The notes under the pieces are model-generated. The model did no database searches. It was given only the letters and a program-made list of their open reading frames with translations, and was not told the origin of the DNA. Shown in pieces: positions 12,316 to 21,975 of a stretch of DNA of 64,000 nucleotides. Within the stretch, counting starts at the first letter, position 1. Every line of letters starts with the position of its first letter. The stretch covers positions 496,001-560,000 of the IMG/VR virus record IMGVR_UViG_3300046616_000314; one strand, given 5' to 3'. Both the position numbers and the translations under genes were made by a program.

Positions 12316-12807
12316 TTAACTCAAGTAAATTCGTGCTTTCATGGCGTCTTCGACATATTGGAAGACAAACGAAGTATCTAGTTCGGCGAAAAGCCCTTCG
12401 CACCGATCCTTCAACCATTGCAGGTTGGATTTATCATCGCGGATGCGCTTCTTCTTCATGACGCGATAGACCTTGTTATTTTCATCGCGTTCGAAGCCTG
12501 GGAAGCCCGCTTGTTCCAGAACCCTTGATTGACGCTTGTTAAGACGGCGCCATTCCCAGTAAGGCAAAAGATACTGGTTGGCGGTGTTCGCCGTGATTTC
12601 ATACATCGTCATGTAACGACTATCAGTCACGCGAGCATATGGGCGCCGCACCATTTCCGCGATCTTGAACGGGCGGTTTTGGGGACTGACCTGTTTCGTC
12701 TCACGTTCTGGCTGCACCTGTTTAGGTGGCACGTATTCCACGTGTGGAAGCCAGTATTGAGGATCAGGAGAAACCATATCACCAACATTAATTGAAATTA
12801 TAGTCAT
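12316..12807 (-). CDS. Hypothetical protein, possible divergent LKW-family member
   Basis: WLKDRC...FVFQYVEDAMKARIYL. Confidence 0.6.
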   Translation of the reverse strand: MTIISINVGDMVSPDPQYWLPHVEYVPPKQVQPERETKQVSPQNRPFKIAEMVRRPYARVTDSRYMTMYEITANTANQYLLPYWEWRRLNKRQSRVLEQAGFPGFERDENNKVYRVMKKKRIRDDKSNLQWLKDRCEGLFAELDTSFVFQYVEDAMKARIYLS

Positions 12808-12911
12808 ATATTAACGCAGGAATCCCACAAGTCAAGTATTAACTGAGACTATTACGAATTCTCCTAAATAAATACAGTAAGTGCCTTTTACAGGCTATTA
12901 AGGAGATATTC

Positions 12912-13496
12912 ATGGCTACGGTTTCCAATTTCGGAATTCCTAATGGCGGTGGCGGTGGTCGTGGCGGCTTCATCCATCCCAAGACAAAGCAGAAGTTCCG
13001 CGTCCGCGTGTTCAATTTTGGACCGGTAGCCGGTGGTTTGGAACTGACGCAACAAGTTGAGACGGTTGATCGTCCCGGCGTTACTTTCGATTCGAACGAA
13101 GTTCACTCGTACAACTCACTGGCGTACTACGCTGGTAAGGCGAAGTGGGATTCGATCAACCTTGTTATCCGTGATGATATTTCTAACTCGGTAAACAAGT
13201 TGGTCGGACACCAGTTGCAGAAGCAAATGAATTTCTTCCAACAAACGTCGGCTGCTGCGGGTTCGAACTATAAGTTCCAAACCTTCATCGAAACCCTCGA
13301 CGGTGGTAATGACACTGTGTACGAGCAATGGACTCTTGAAGGCTGCTTCCTAGAATCCGCTAAGTACGATCAGTTTGACTACAAGTCGAGCGATCACATG
13401 ACCATCCAACTGAGCATTCGTTACGATAACGCAACCCAATCTGACGGCTTGATGGACCTGAATCCTCAACTGGGCGTCGGACCTATGCAAATGTAA
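12912..13496 (+). CDS. Tail tube protein (gp19-like)
   Basis: QQVETVDRPGV...WDSINLVIRDD...WTLEGCF...LSIRYDNA; AGGAG RBS; ATAAATA at 12868. Confidence 0.85.
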   Translation: MATVSNFGIPNGGGGGRGGFIHPKTKQKFRVRVFNFGPVAGGLELTQQVETVDRPGVTFDSNEVHSYNSLAYYAGKAKWDSINLVIRDDISNSVNKLVGHQLQKQMNFFQQTSAAAGSNYKFQTFIETLDGGNDTVYEQWTLEGCFLESAKYDQFDYKSSDHMTIQLSIRYDNATQSDGLMDLNPQLGVGPMQM

Positions 13497-13511
13497 TGAG
13501 AGAATTGGTCT

Positions 13512-14831
13512 ATGGCTGATAATAGACTTATTCGCTCACCACGTCAGGCTTCAACGGTTTACGGGTTGGACGGTAATACCGTCCCCCGTAAGAAGTCGCT
13601 TTTTTATGTTCGTTTCCGACGTTCGTCAAACGGGCAAAATAGTAGTGAATGGCAACAAAATTTAGGTTTCATCGTAAAGTCGATTGATCGTCCTTCGGTG
13701 CAACCTAATATTGAGGAGCTAAATCAATACAATAAGCGTCGTCAAGTCACGACAGGGTTTAAGCTACAAGCTATCCGCATGTCTCTATATGATACTGCGG
13801 ATAGCCTTGTCATGCGTATGTGGGATGAATATACCCGCTGGTATTTTGGTGACTTCAACCAAGAAGATGACCGTTATTTCAAGTATGACGTTACGTCTGA
13901 TGAAATGCTGAACAACAACGGCGCCGGTTTCGGTTACGTACCTCGTTCGGGATTAGCAGACGAATTGGATTTGAATTCACAATTTTTCTTTGATGCAATC
14001 GAAGTCTACCAAGTCTTCGGTGGATATTTCACGCAATTTGACTTGATCCATCCTAAGATTTCGACTTTCGATCCCGATGATTTCGACTTCGAAAACACCA
14101 CGCCTTCTACTATTCAGATGACTTTGAATTATGAGGCTATCAATTATCGCAACAGCGGCGCCCCTCTACCGATCAGTTCTAACGAACAAATCAGTGCAGC
14201 TTTCAATCAACAGTTTGATGGCAACACAATTGATACCGGTGATATTCCATCGAACAAACTGACACGTTTCAGTCAACCGGCTAGTCCGCCTAATTCTTCT
14301 TCTATTTTCGCGGATTTGTCAGGCTCCACAAACATTGGTTCGATCATGCGCAAGACATCATCGACCGTGGGTAGCGGCGTCCTGGGGGTGTTTGGGAACT
14401 ATGACTTCGGAGCCCTCGCCACCGGAGTCGCTAACAATCTCGCGGGTAGCAATGATCCGAAGACTCGTAGCCTCGCGGTTGATGTCGCATACCTCGCTAA
14501 GGGTAGTCGTACGCTTGCTACGGCGTTGAATGTTGGCAAGACACTCAATCCCGCCGGTATTTCTGGCGTGAATGTAGCGGCTGGTTCTGCTGCATTGACT
14601 GCGGCTGGATCGACTAAAAACAACGCTTATGCCAACAAATATGTAAACAGTCAGCTTTTGAGTGGCGTGATTTCTTCCGCGATTATTGGCGGAAAAGATT
14701 CCAAATCACAAATTCTTTCTCAGGCGTCTTCGCTAGCTAGTAGTTCTGGGCTTGCTTTGAATTCACAAAGCATCGGAATTATTAATTCATTGCGCCCCGT
14801 TATTAGCCAGATTGGCTTCAACAAAGGATAA
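13512..14831 (+). CDS. Tail-tube-related baseplate/tail initiator-like protein
   Basis: VKSIDRPS...ELNQYNKRR...IRMSLYD tube-like N-terminal domain; follows the tube gene. Confidence 0.6.
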   Translation: MADNRLIRSPRQASTVYGLDGNTVPRKKSLFYVRFRRSSNGQNSSEWQQNLGFIVKSIDRPSVQPNIEELNQYNKRRQVTTGFKLQAIRMSLYDTADSLVMRMWDEYTRWYFGDFNQEDDRYFKYDVTSDEMLNNNGAGFGYVPRSGLADELDLNSQFFFDAIEVYQVFGGYFTQFDLIHPKISTFDPDDFDFENTTPSTIQMTLNYEAINYRNSGAPLPISSNEQISAAFNQQFDGNTIDTGDIPSNKLTRFSQPASPPNSSSIFADLSGSTNIGSIMRKTSSTVGSGVLGVFGNYDFGALATGVANNLAGSNDPKTRSLAVDVAYLAKGSRTLATALNVGKTLNPAGISGVNVAAGSAALTAAGSTKNNAYANKYVNSQLLSGVISSAIIGGKDSKSQILSQASSLASSSGLALNSQSIGIINSLRPVISQIGFNKG

Positions 14832-14832
14832 T

Positions 14833-15285
14833 ATGCTCGGAAAGAGAACCGCGCACGGAATATTCGTGCCCAAGAACCCACAAAAATATCGCGGAACCAA
14901 CGCGGATAATATAACCTATCGTTCTAGCTGGGAACACACATTCATGAATATGTGTGATGCTCATCCTAATATTGTTCAATGGTCGTCGGAATGTATCTCT
15001 GTACCCTATCGTAACCCTCTAACCGGGCGATGGAGCATGTACGTTCCCGATTTCTTGATTGTATATATAGATAAGAAAGGTCAGCACCATTCGGAAATGA
15101 TCGAGATCAAGCCCTTGAAAGAGACCCCTCTTTTTGAAGGTAAGGTTGGAAAGCAAGTAAAAATTTCACAGGCTATCAATCAAGCCAAGTGGACTGCCGC
15201 TCTCCAATTCTGCGTTAAGCGCGGGATCAAGTTCCGGGTTATGACAGAGAACGATTTGTTCGGATATAAGAGAAAAACTAAATGA
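14833..15285 (+). CDS. Head completion nuclease (T4 gp4-like)
   Basis: YRSSWE, WSSE..VPY, YVPDF, IEIKP, KW.AA..F, FRVMTE. Confidence 0.85.
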   Translation: MLGKRTAHGIFVPKNPQKYRGTNADNITYRSSWEHTFMNMCDAHPNIVQWSSECISVPYRNPLTGRWSMYVPDFLIVYIDKKGQHHSEMIEIKPLKETPLFEGKVGKQVKISQAINQAKWTAALQFCVKRGIKFRVMTENDLFGYKRKTK

Positions 15286-15806
15286 CACAAGGTATTATCA
15301 ACACACTGAATCTTCCTAACATGGATGAGCTTTTCGCCGAAGGCGCGGAGAACGCGGAAAACCATGTCGAAATTGAAGATGATGTTGAGACCGAAACCGA
15401 ATCTTCGGATGGTGATGCACTAGTTCTTCAAAAAGCCCAAGAAGTTTTGGGTTTGATGAACGGAAAAGAGCATGGACAAAAGACTAACGAAATCCATGAC
15501 CAAACACTGAAGCACGCACAAGAAATCGTTGATCTTTCGTTCAACGTTGATCAACGTTCGCAACGCGGGCTTCTAGAAGTTGCGGCTTCTTTCTATAAGA
15601 ATGCCCTGGACGCAGCCAATTCCAAGCGTGATGCCGAATTGAAAGCCATGAAGCTTGCGCTAGAGAAGCGCAAACTTGACATGGAAGAACATCGCATGAA
15701 GGCGGAACTTGGTGACAAATCGCTCGCTACGGAAGGTGTCATCGTGGAAAACCGCAACGACATCATCCGTAAGCTGATCGAAATGCGGAACCAAGCAAAA
15801 CCTTAA
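15282..15806 (+). CDS. Possible terminase small subunit
   Basis: Helical core followed by a coiled coil; position after the gp4-like gene. Confidence 0.35.
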   Translation: MTQGIINTLNLPNMDELFAEGAENAENHVEIEDDVETETESSDGDALVLQKAQEVLGLMNGKEHGQKTNEIHDQTLKHAQEIVDLSFNVDQRSQRGLLEVAASFYKNALDAANSKRDAELKAMKLALEKRKLDMEEHRMKAELGDKSLATEGVIVENRNDIIRKLIEMRNQAKP

Positions 15807-16462
15807 AGGCGGTTTTTCATCTTTTGCATGATGACGAGCGATTCCCAATCGCATTCGAACATAGTCAATTCGTATGCATACCCGTTAGTACCACGCGATC
15901 CGCCCGTTCCTGAAAAAAGCCCGGTGTTGTTCAAGATGTCACTTCCACTAGCGGAATCGTGATATCCAGCACCTTCGGGTTTCCGAATGACGAAACTGAT
16001 TCTACCAGACCAACCAAGTAGTTTTTCGGCGCCACTTGGATTATTGTTATCACGCCTCAGTGGACGCCCCAAACGCAAAGGGCGAGCCCAATAAGTAGTC
16101 TGATATCCGTAATGAATATCCGAGATTTCGAAATTCGTGATCTTGGTTTTGCGTACAAATTCGCGCCGTTTTTGTTGGCTCTTGGTCAGCTTCCCCTTCG
16201 GGGTGCCATACCGGAATTCTTCATTGGCTAGATAGTTCTCCATGATGACATGAGAATTATCTTCCATCCACTTACAGATTTCCGTGAACGACCCACACCC
16301 GCGCAGTTCGTCCATTTTCTCGTCAAGTGCCCTGCGAATGCTCGCAATACGCTCATCGTAGCGACGCTTCCAATAGCGATCACAGGAATATCGCGCATAC
16401 TCTTCGCGAGTGGCGAAAAATTCCTGAGTTTTAGGGCAACGATACGCAGTGACACGCGGCAT
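15803..16462 (-). CDS. Hypothetical protein
   Basis: 219-aa ORF with AGGA RBS. Confidence 0.65.
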   Translation of the reverse strand: MPRVTAYRCPKTQEFFATREEYARYSCDRYWKRRYDERIASIRRALDEKMDELRGCGSFTEICKWMEDNSHVIMENYLANEEFRYGTPKGKLTKSQQKRREFVRKTKITNFEISDIHYGYQTTYWARPLRLGRPLRRDNNNPSGAEKLLGWSGRISFVIRKPEGAGYHDSASGSDILNNTGLFSGTGGSRGTNGYAYELTMFECDWESLVIMQKMKNRL

Positions 16463-16555
16463 AGGAAATCCTCATTAATATGGGTGCAATCTAGCAAAAC
16501 ATATTGAAAAGTCAAGTCGAATAAATATAAGATAGTTTTTAGGAACGCCATAATC

Positions 16556-17335
16556 ATGTCTATTAAGAAGTATCTCGCCGAGGGCGAAAAGCACTACCAA
16601 TATCGTTTGAAGACGGTTATGAAGTTGGACGACGACGCAATGGATCGCGTCGAACGTGTTCTGTTGAAGCACCTTCCGGTGGACATTAGCCGTCCTAAGA
16701 AGATGATGTTCCAAGCCCGTCCTCTAGATTTCACCAACGTCGAAAACGCTGAAATTTATTTCGTGGATTTCACCCTAGAGCTTCCCGCTTCTCCTAACGT
16801 TTTGGAGAGCGAAATTCGTATCGCTCTGAAAGCACCGGCTCCCTATGTCATCGTTCGTGGTTTCAATGACCCGACCGCTCTTGAGCAAAACTTGCTGGAC
16901 GCAGAAGGCGCCATGGCAATCGCTGCTGCAAAAGAAGGTATGACCCCTGGCGCCCTGATGGACGAAGGTAATTACGCTGATGGTGATGAACCGGAAACTC
17001 CGTTGTACGGCGATGCATACAACGCAAAACTAAAAGACTATCTGCGTACGATCCAAAAAGATGATCCGACCAACAAGAAGATCGATGCTCCGAATGCTCT
17101 CTTCAAGTGGATGGATATGCCCAAGGATGGTGCCGATGACAACATGGCGTTCAACAACGGCATCAAAGACGCCCCTGGTCTCGGTAAGGCTGGCACAAAA
17201 GAAAAGCCGGTTGAAACTTCGCCGGAAGGAAATCTTGACGATACACAGAAGCGTTACAAGCGTCTCTACGGTAAGGATGGTACTCGCGTAGCATTGACCC
17301 GTACTAGTGATGAAGTTCGCAAGGGTGGCAACTAA
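16556..17335 (+). CDS. Hypothetical late/virion protein
   Basis: ATAAATA at 16521; phage-type codon usage. Confidence 0.75.
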   Translation: MSIKKYLAEGEKHYQYRLKTVMKLDDDAMDRVERVLLKHLPVDISRPKKMMFQARPLDFTNVENAEIYFVDFTLELPASPNVLESEIRIALKAPAPYVIVRGFNDPTALEQNLLDAEGAMAIAAAKEGMTPGALMDEGNYADGDEPETPLYGDAYNAKLKDYLRTIQKDDPTNKKIDAPNALFKWMDMPKDGADDNMAFNNGIKDAPGLGKAGTKEKPVETSPEGNLDDTQKRYKRLYGKDGTRVALTRTSDEVRKGGN

Positions 17336-18162
17336 TGGCTGATATGCGCTCTCTTCTGCGGATTGTCGAAGGTTGGGAAAAAACCAAGACGAATATGCCG
17401 CAACGAATGACATCGGGACGGTATTCGGACAACCCGATGAAGGATGCTGCTGGTCAGGAATTCCGTAACACGTCACCGCGTTATGCAGATAACCCATTGA
17501 AAGAAGACAACGAATTTCCTCAATACCCCCAAGAAACATTGGACACGCTTCGTGGTCTATTGAATTCCATTGGTGTTGAAGATGATCGTATTGCCCGTGG
17601 TGTTGAATTGCAGCCTTCGGGTTATGCGAAGATCGCGGGAACCATGGGTATTCATCAAAAAGATGTCGTTCGTATGATCGCATTCTTGCGTACCGATCTC
17701 CAAGACGATGAAGAACAATTGGACGAATCCGAAGACCCGCGTTTTACCTATGAAAAAGACATCATCGGAAACGTAACGGTTCGTGACACCATCACCGGTA
17801 AAGAAGAATATATCCAAGGCGAGCCCGCTTCACAGTTGCTCAATCGTTTGAAGTCAGGTACAGATGAGCAACAATTGCTTAGCTTGTATTTCAAGGATGA
17901 GCCTCACGAACTGCATGAGGATGACAATTTGTTTAGCCCGTCTGATGACAATTTTGAAGACGAAATCAACAGCAAAAGCGGTTCATACAATTTCCCCTGG
18001 AACATTGGTGACGAACATGGCACGGCTACGGCGACCTATACCGATGATGGAAAGATCAAGGTAGTCAGCCTACGTGACGAAGAGGGTCATGAGCTTCAGA
18101 TGGACCCGGCTATCAAAGACCAAATTCTTCAACAAGCTATTTCGTTTATTTCAGAGGTATAA
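17335..18162 (+). CDS. Acidic hypothetical late protein, possible head-internal protein
   Basis: MADMRSLLRIVEG start; Glu/Asp-rich; coupled to the upstream gene. Confidence 0.7.
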   Translation: MADMRSLLRIVEGWEKTKTNMPQRMTSGRYSDNPMKDAAGQEFRNTSPRYADNPLKEDNEFPQYPQETLDTLRGLLNSIGVEDDRIARGVELQPSGYAKIAGTMGIHQKDVVRMIAFLRTDLQDDEEQLDESEDPRFTYEKDIIGNVTVRDTITGKEEYIQGEPASQLLNRLKSGTDEQQLLSLYFKDEPHELHEDDNLFSPSDDNFEDEINSKSGSYNFPWNIGDEHGTATATYTDDGKIKVVSLRDEEGHELQMDPAIKDQILQQAISFISEV

Positions 18163-18163
18163 T

Positions 18164-19147
18164 ATGTATATCAAGGAATTGTTTGAAGACGTTACGCCTT
18201 CTGATAACGAATCAATTCTTTATCACGGCATGAGCTTTACTCGTGCAGTCGGTGCGATGATGGACAATTCCATTCATGGTCCTTCTGGTGGAGTGACTAT
18301 GTTTACGGATATGTCGGCTGCTAAAAAGCAAGCTCGCGAATCGGTAAAAGACCCCAAAAATCTGTATGGTGCGATTGGTGCCATTTCAGCCAAGGTCGAA
18401 AACGAACTTCCTCCGGTTGGTGTTGTTTTCGAATTGAATGGCTATCGTTTGACCAAGGGATATCATATCCAACCGTTGAACGTCGGTTTCTCGGGCACAT
18501 ACCGGGTCGATGGTGAGATTCACGAACTGCGTCAATTCATTGAACACTTGGAATATCCCAAGACTGTTGCTCGTGCCTATATCGAACGTCTGGTGCAAGC
18601 CGCTGCTGAATTGGGTGATGATTACGTTGCTCAACGTTTTGTTGCGACCGCAAAAGATTTCATCGGCTCGATCAGCGAAGCATACGATCCCGAAAAAGAA
18701 AAAGTTCATTTCGACGCCTTGGATCGTACTGGTTTCTATGGTGCGCAAGGTGCAGGCTGCATTATCCTAGCAAAAGACACTGGTCGTTTGCTGTTTAATC
18801 ACCGAAGCAATATGGTTGAACAACCGGGCACTTGGGGTAACTGGGGTGGAGCAATTGATCCTAATGAAGACCCCGCCGTTGCAGCGCGCCGCGAAGTTCA
18901 AGAAGAAGCTGAATACCACGGTCCTCTAGAACTATTCCCGTTGTTGGTGTTTACAAAGGGTACGTTCCGCTATTCGAATTTCCTCGCTGTCGTAGCTTCA
19001 GAATTTGAACCGCAATTGGATTGGGAAAGCCAAGGATATCGTTGGTGTGACTTCGGTGATTTCCCTGAACCGCTGCACTTCGGCATGGTTTCATTGTTCA
19101 ACGACCCGGCGAGCGTCGCAACGATCAAATCGCACCTGAAAAAATAG
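18164..19147 (+). CDS. NUDIX hydrolase domain protein
   Basis: GGAIDPNEDPAVAARREVQEEAEY Nudix box; GAGG RBS places the start at 18164. Confidence 0.85.
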   Translation: MYIKELFEDVTPSDNESILYHGMSFTRAVGAMMDNSIHGPSGGVTMFTDMSAAKKQARESVKDPKNLYGAIGAISAKVENELPPVGVVFELNGYRLTKGYHIQPLNVGFSGTYRVDGEIHELRQFIEHLEYPKTVARAYIERLVQAAAELGDDYVAQRFVATAKDFIGSISEAYDPEKEKVHFDALDRTGFYGAQGAGCIILAKDTGRLLFNHRSNMVEQPGTWGNWGGAIDPNEDPAVAARREVQEEAEYHGPLELFPLLVFTKGTFRYSNFLAVVASEFEPQLDWESQGYRWCDFGDFPEPLHFGMVSLFNDPASVATIKSHLKK

Positions 19148-19206
19148 TAGCATTTAAAATTTAAATTTCGTATAGGGCGCCCCTGAGTAATTTCTTGAGG
19201 CGCCCT

Positions 19207-19512
19207 ATGACTGTTACCCTGGCTCAAAGCGAATTGGCAAAGACCGTGCCTTGCGGGCATTGTGAAGCTAAGGCAGGGCATTCATGTGTTGATTGGCGAA
19301 AGAAGCCGATCCGTTACTCGCATTCGTCGCGCGTTCTCCAAGCACAAAAGCAAGACGTATCCAAAGATGAATGGACGCCTCAACCTACTCTAAATAATTT
19401 TGCTGGCGATATTGATACGCTGGTATCTCGTCTGATGGAATTGAAGGCGAAGGGCTTTCAAAACGTTGCCGTTCAAGGCGGTTATTACACCGCTCTGGTT
19501 TCCGCAAACTGA
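19207..19512 (+). CDS. Zinc-finger-like hypothetical protein
   Basis: CGHC...C...H..R. Confidence 0.6.
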   Translation: MTVTLAQSELAKTVPCGHCEAKAGHSCVDWRKKPIRYSHSSRVLQAQKQDVSKDEWTPQPTLNNFAGDIDTLVSRLMELKAKGFQNVAVQGGYYTALVSAN

Positions 19513-19577
19513 CCAAAATTTTCATGGAATTTGGTGGTTTCGTGTGCTAACGTCACCGTCTGGTTTGGGATTCCAAA

Positions 19578-19958
19578 ATGTCTGATATTGAAAACGCTCG
19601 CGGTACAACTTTCCTTAATGAAATGGGTGACATCGAAATCACCTGGGAACCCGCGCAAGATGCAGCCATGCGCGAGATCATCGAAAAGAAAATGAGCGAA
19701 GGTGTTCGCTTTATGATTCTTGCCCCGATTTTGGGTACGTTCCTGAAAGCCAAGCGTCGCATCAAATCGGTTGACGAACTTCAGACGCTAAGCATCCGTG
19801 TCAAGGACCCGGATATTGAAGCCCTGTTCAAGGCTGGCAAGGTGTCTCTTGAACGCGCTGAAAACACCGGGACGATCAACCCGGTTGGCTACGCGAAGAC
19901 TGCGGATGATGCCGTTAAAAACCGCACTGTGGCTGTCAAAGCCTATCAAGGTGGCTGA
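19578..19958 (+). CDS. Small protein ending in di-glycine (ubiquitin-like C-terminus)
   Basis: GDIEITWEP motif; C-terminal YQGG-stop. Confidence 0.7.
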   Translation: MSDIENARGTTFLNEMGDIEITWEPAQDAAMREIIEKKMSEGVRFMILAPILGTFLKAKRRIKSVDELQTLSIRVKDPDIEALFKAGKVSLERAENTGTINPVGYAKTADDAVKNRTVAVKAYQGG

Positions 19959-21214
19959 TGCCCGCTCCTGATGTTGCTTATTTTCTAGATTGTTCGGTGC
20001 AATGCGGACATATGGGTGGTGATACCTATCACTACTTTATGAACGTGTGTCCTGACACCAACGAGATTCTAGACAATTACGACAAACTGGAACGCCCGCC
20101 GGGCGAACGCCATATGCATACCCTATTGGATATGGGTCTCTATCATGAAGACCTGTATCTGAATTGGCGGCATCACAACCGCCAAGACTCTGTAATCGCA
20201 TCCTTCAATGGAATGCGCCCCGTTTCCTATACCATTAAGGAACTGGGTTTGACTGCGGTCAACGAACTATACTCGCTAGGTAAAGAGAACCTAGATCGCC
20301 CCGGTATGGAACACTTGCAAGCCAAATACAAATTTGAAACTTGTATTGCTTTGCAGCGTCGATCCATTGCACGCTCGCACGCGGATATGTCGCAACTTTC
20401 TACGACAGAAATTCGGGCGATCCGATTGGATTCCGATGCCCGTGAACGTCAGCAAATGATCGCTGCGCAAGAAGCGCGCAATCAGTATATCAATCCCAAT
20501 GCACTTCCTGCCCTTCCCGATGAGGAATGGAATGACGGGCGATGGACACCCACGCCGAAACTAACCGGACCTGAACTGGTTCGTGCTCAACGTTTGCTCC
20601 AAGATAAAAACCGGCGCGTTGTCAAACGAAGCATTAAATTTTTTGAAAAGCTGGTTGGTTCAACGACTGCCCGATTGCTGATTTCTGGCGACAGAATTCG
20701 TATTGAGGGTAAGCATGGCGTTTATGAAATCAAGAAATCTGGCACGCTGACTGCCGCCCACGGTGCAGCGCGATTGTCTGTGTTCACAAAGAAAAATGAT
20801 CTGCATCTTTGTGACGTGTGCATTTACACACCTAATGTTCCGATGCTTGATCACGTCGCCGCGATGATTATGGATATACAGTGCGGCAACGAAGAACAAA
20901 TTCTATCAATCGGCAATCCTTACAACGTGTCGGTACATGCGCGCGAACAGGATTGGCTCGTTCCATTTTTGCCAAAACAAACCCTTGGTGTGAACGGAAT
21001 TATTTTTGCGGACCATATTACCGCTGGAATGATAACCGGAAATCAAATGCTTGCGTATGGTCCTCGTGAGCTTGAAGACCCGAAAGCCATCGCAGAGCGG
21101 GTCCGTATCCAAACACTTCTCCGAAAGAGTGTTAGTAAATATTTGTACAACGAACTGATTGATGATTTCGCCGATAGTTATCGCAAAGTCATGGCGTACG
21201 CCGAACCATATTAG
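19958..21214 (+). CDS. Hypothetical protein coupled to the GG-ended protein
   Basis: TGATG overlap; LCDVC...P.LD...NEEQIL..GN segment. Confidence 0.75.
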   Translation: MPAPDVAYFLDCSVQCGHMGGDTYHYFMNVCPDTNEILDNYDKLERPPGERHMHTLLDMGLYHEDLYLNWRHHNRQDSVIASFNGMRPVSYTIKELGLTAVNELYSLGKENLDRPGMEHLQAKYKFETCIALQRRSIARSHADMSQLSTTEIRAIRLDSDARERQQMIAAQEARNQYINPNALPALPDEEWNDGRWTPTPKLTGPELVRAQRLLQDKNRRVVKRSIKFFEKLVGSTTARLLISGDRIRIEGKHGVYEIKKSGTLTAAHGAARLSVFTKKNDLHLCDVCIYTPNVPMLDHVAAMIMDIQCGNEEQILSIGNPYNVSVHAREQDWLVPFLPKQTLGVNGIIFADHITAGMITGNQMLAYGPRELEDPKAIAERVRIQTLLRKSVSKYLYNELIDDFADSYRKVMAYAEPY

Positions 21215-21217
21215 TGC

Positions 21218-21245
21218 TTGACAAATTTCGTAGCACGTATAGATT
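21218..21245 (+). promoter_or_regulatory. Sigma70-like promoter
   Basis: TTGACA-N16-TAGATT. Confidence 0.6.
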
Positions 21246-21278
21246 ACCGATATTCTTTGATGGTTTCGGGAGATATGC

Positions 21279-21974
21279 GTGGAAAAGACCCTCGGACAAA
21301 TTGCCGCTGAAGCCATCGCCGCTGGTAAGCTGGCTGAAGCTGCGGCAACGGTAGACGAAGCCGAAGCGCATCAGCGCAAGATCGCTCTCGCTGTTGAACG
21401 TGCCAAGAATTTCGTTTCCGAAGCCAAGGAACGCATCAGCGGCGCCATCATGTCGAATCGCAAGATTCCCGCCATCAAGGTTCTTCCGTCGCTCCGGGTT
21501 TATAGCCCCAAGCGCGATGATGTTGGCGTTCGCGTCGGCGGCGATATGCTGTTTCCTCACGCCTCGGAACAATATGCCGAACTGGTTCGCTGGGGTGCCG
21601 AAAACGATCTCGATATCACGCTTCAAAATCAACACGATGGCGTAGGTATGGAAGACTGGTACGTCGTCCACACGGTTCCGACTGTCTTGCTCAATAAGAA
21701 GCGCGATGCCTACTTCGCTGCCCTGAAGGGGCATGACGTAAATGGCAAGAACGCCAACCCGACCATCTTCGTCAAGCTGCTGAAGAGTGACAATAAGGTC
21801 ATTCAGTATCCGGCTTTGGGTCTTCTGGAAATCCATGAGAAGACTTCGGATGCGCTGATCAACGTCGCGACCTTCCGTCAACTGAACAAGGACGGCACGC
21901 TTGGTGCCAAGGTCGGCGCCAGCCGCCCGGTGTTCGAATTCGACTCCGCTATCCTGACCGAGGGTCTGAAGTAA
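21279..21974 (+). CDS. Hypothetical protein
   Basis: GGAG RBS, GTG start, highly biased codons. Confidence 0.75.
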   Translation: MEKTLGQIAAEAIAAGKLAEAAATVDEAEAHQRKIALAVERAKNFVSEAKERISGAIMSNRKIPAIKVLPSLRVYSPKRDDVGVRVGGDMLFPHASEQYAELVRWGAENDLDITLQNQHDGVGMEDWYVVHTVPTVLLNKKRDAYFAALKGHDVNGKNANPTIFVKLLKSDNKVIQYPALGLLEIHEKTSDALINVATFRQLNKDGTLGAKVGASRPVFEFDSAILTEGLK

Positions 21975-21975
21975 C

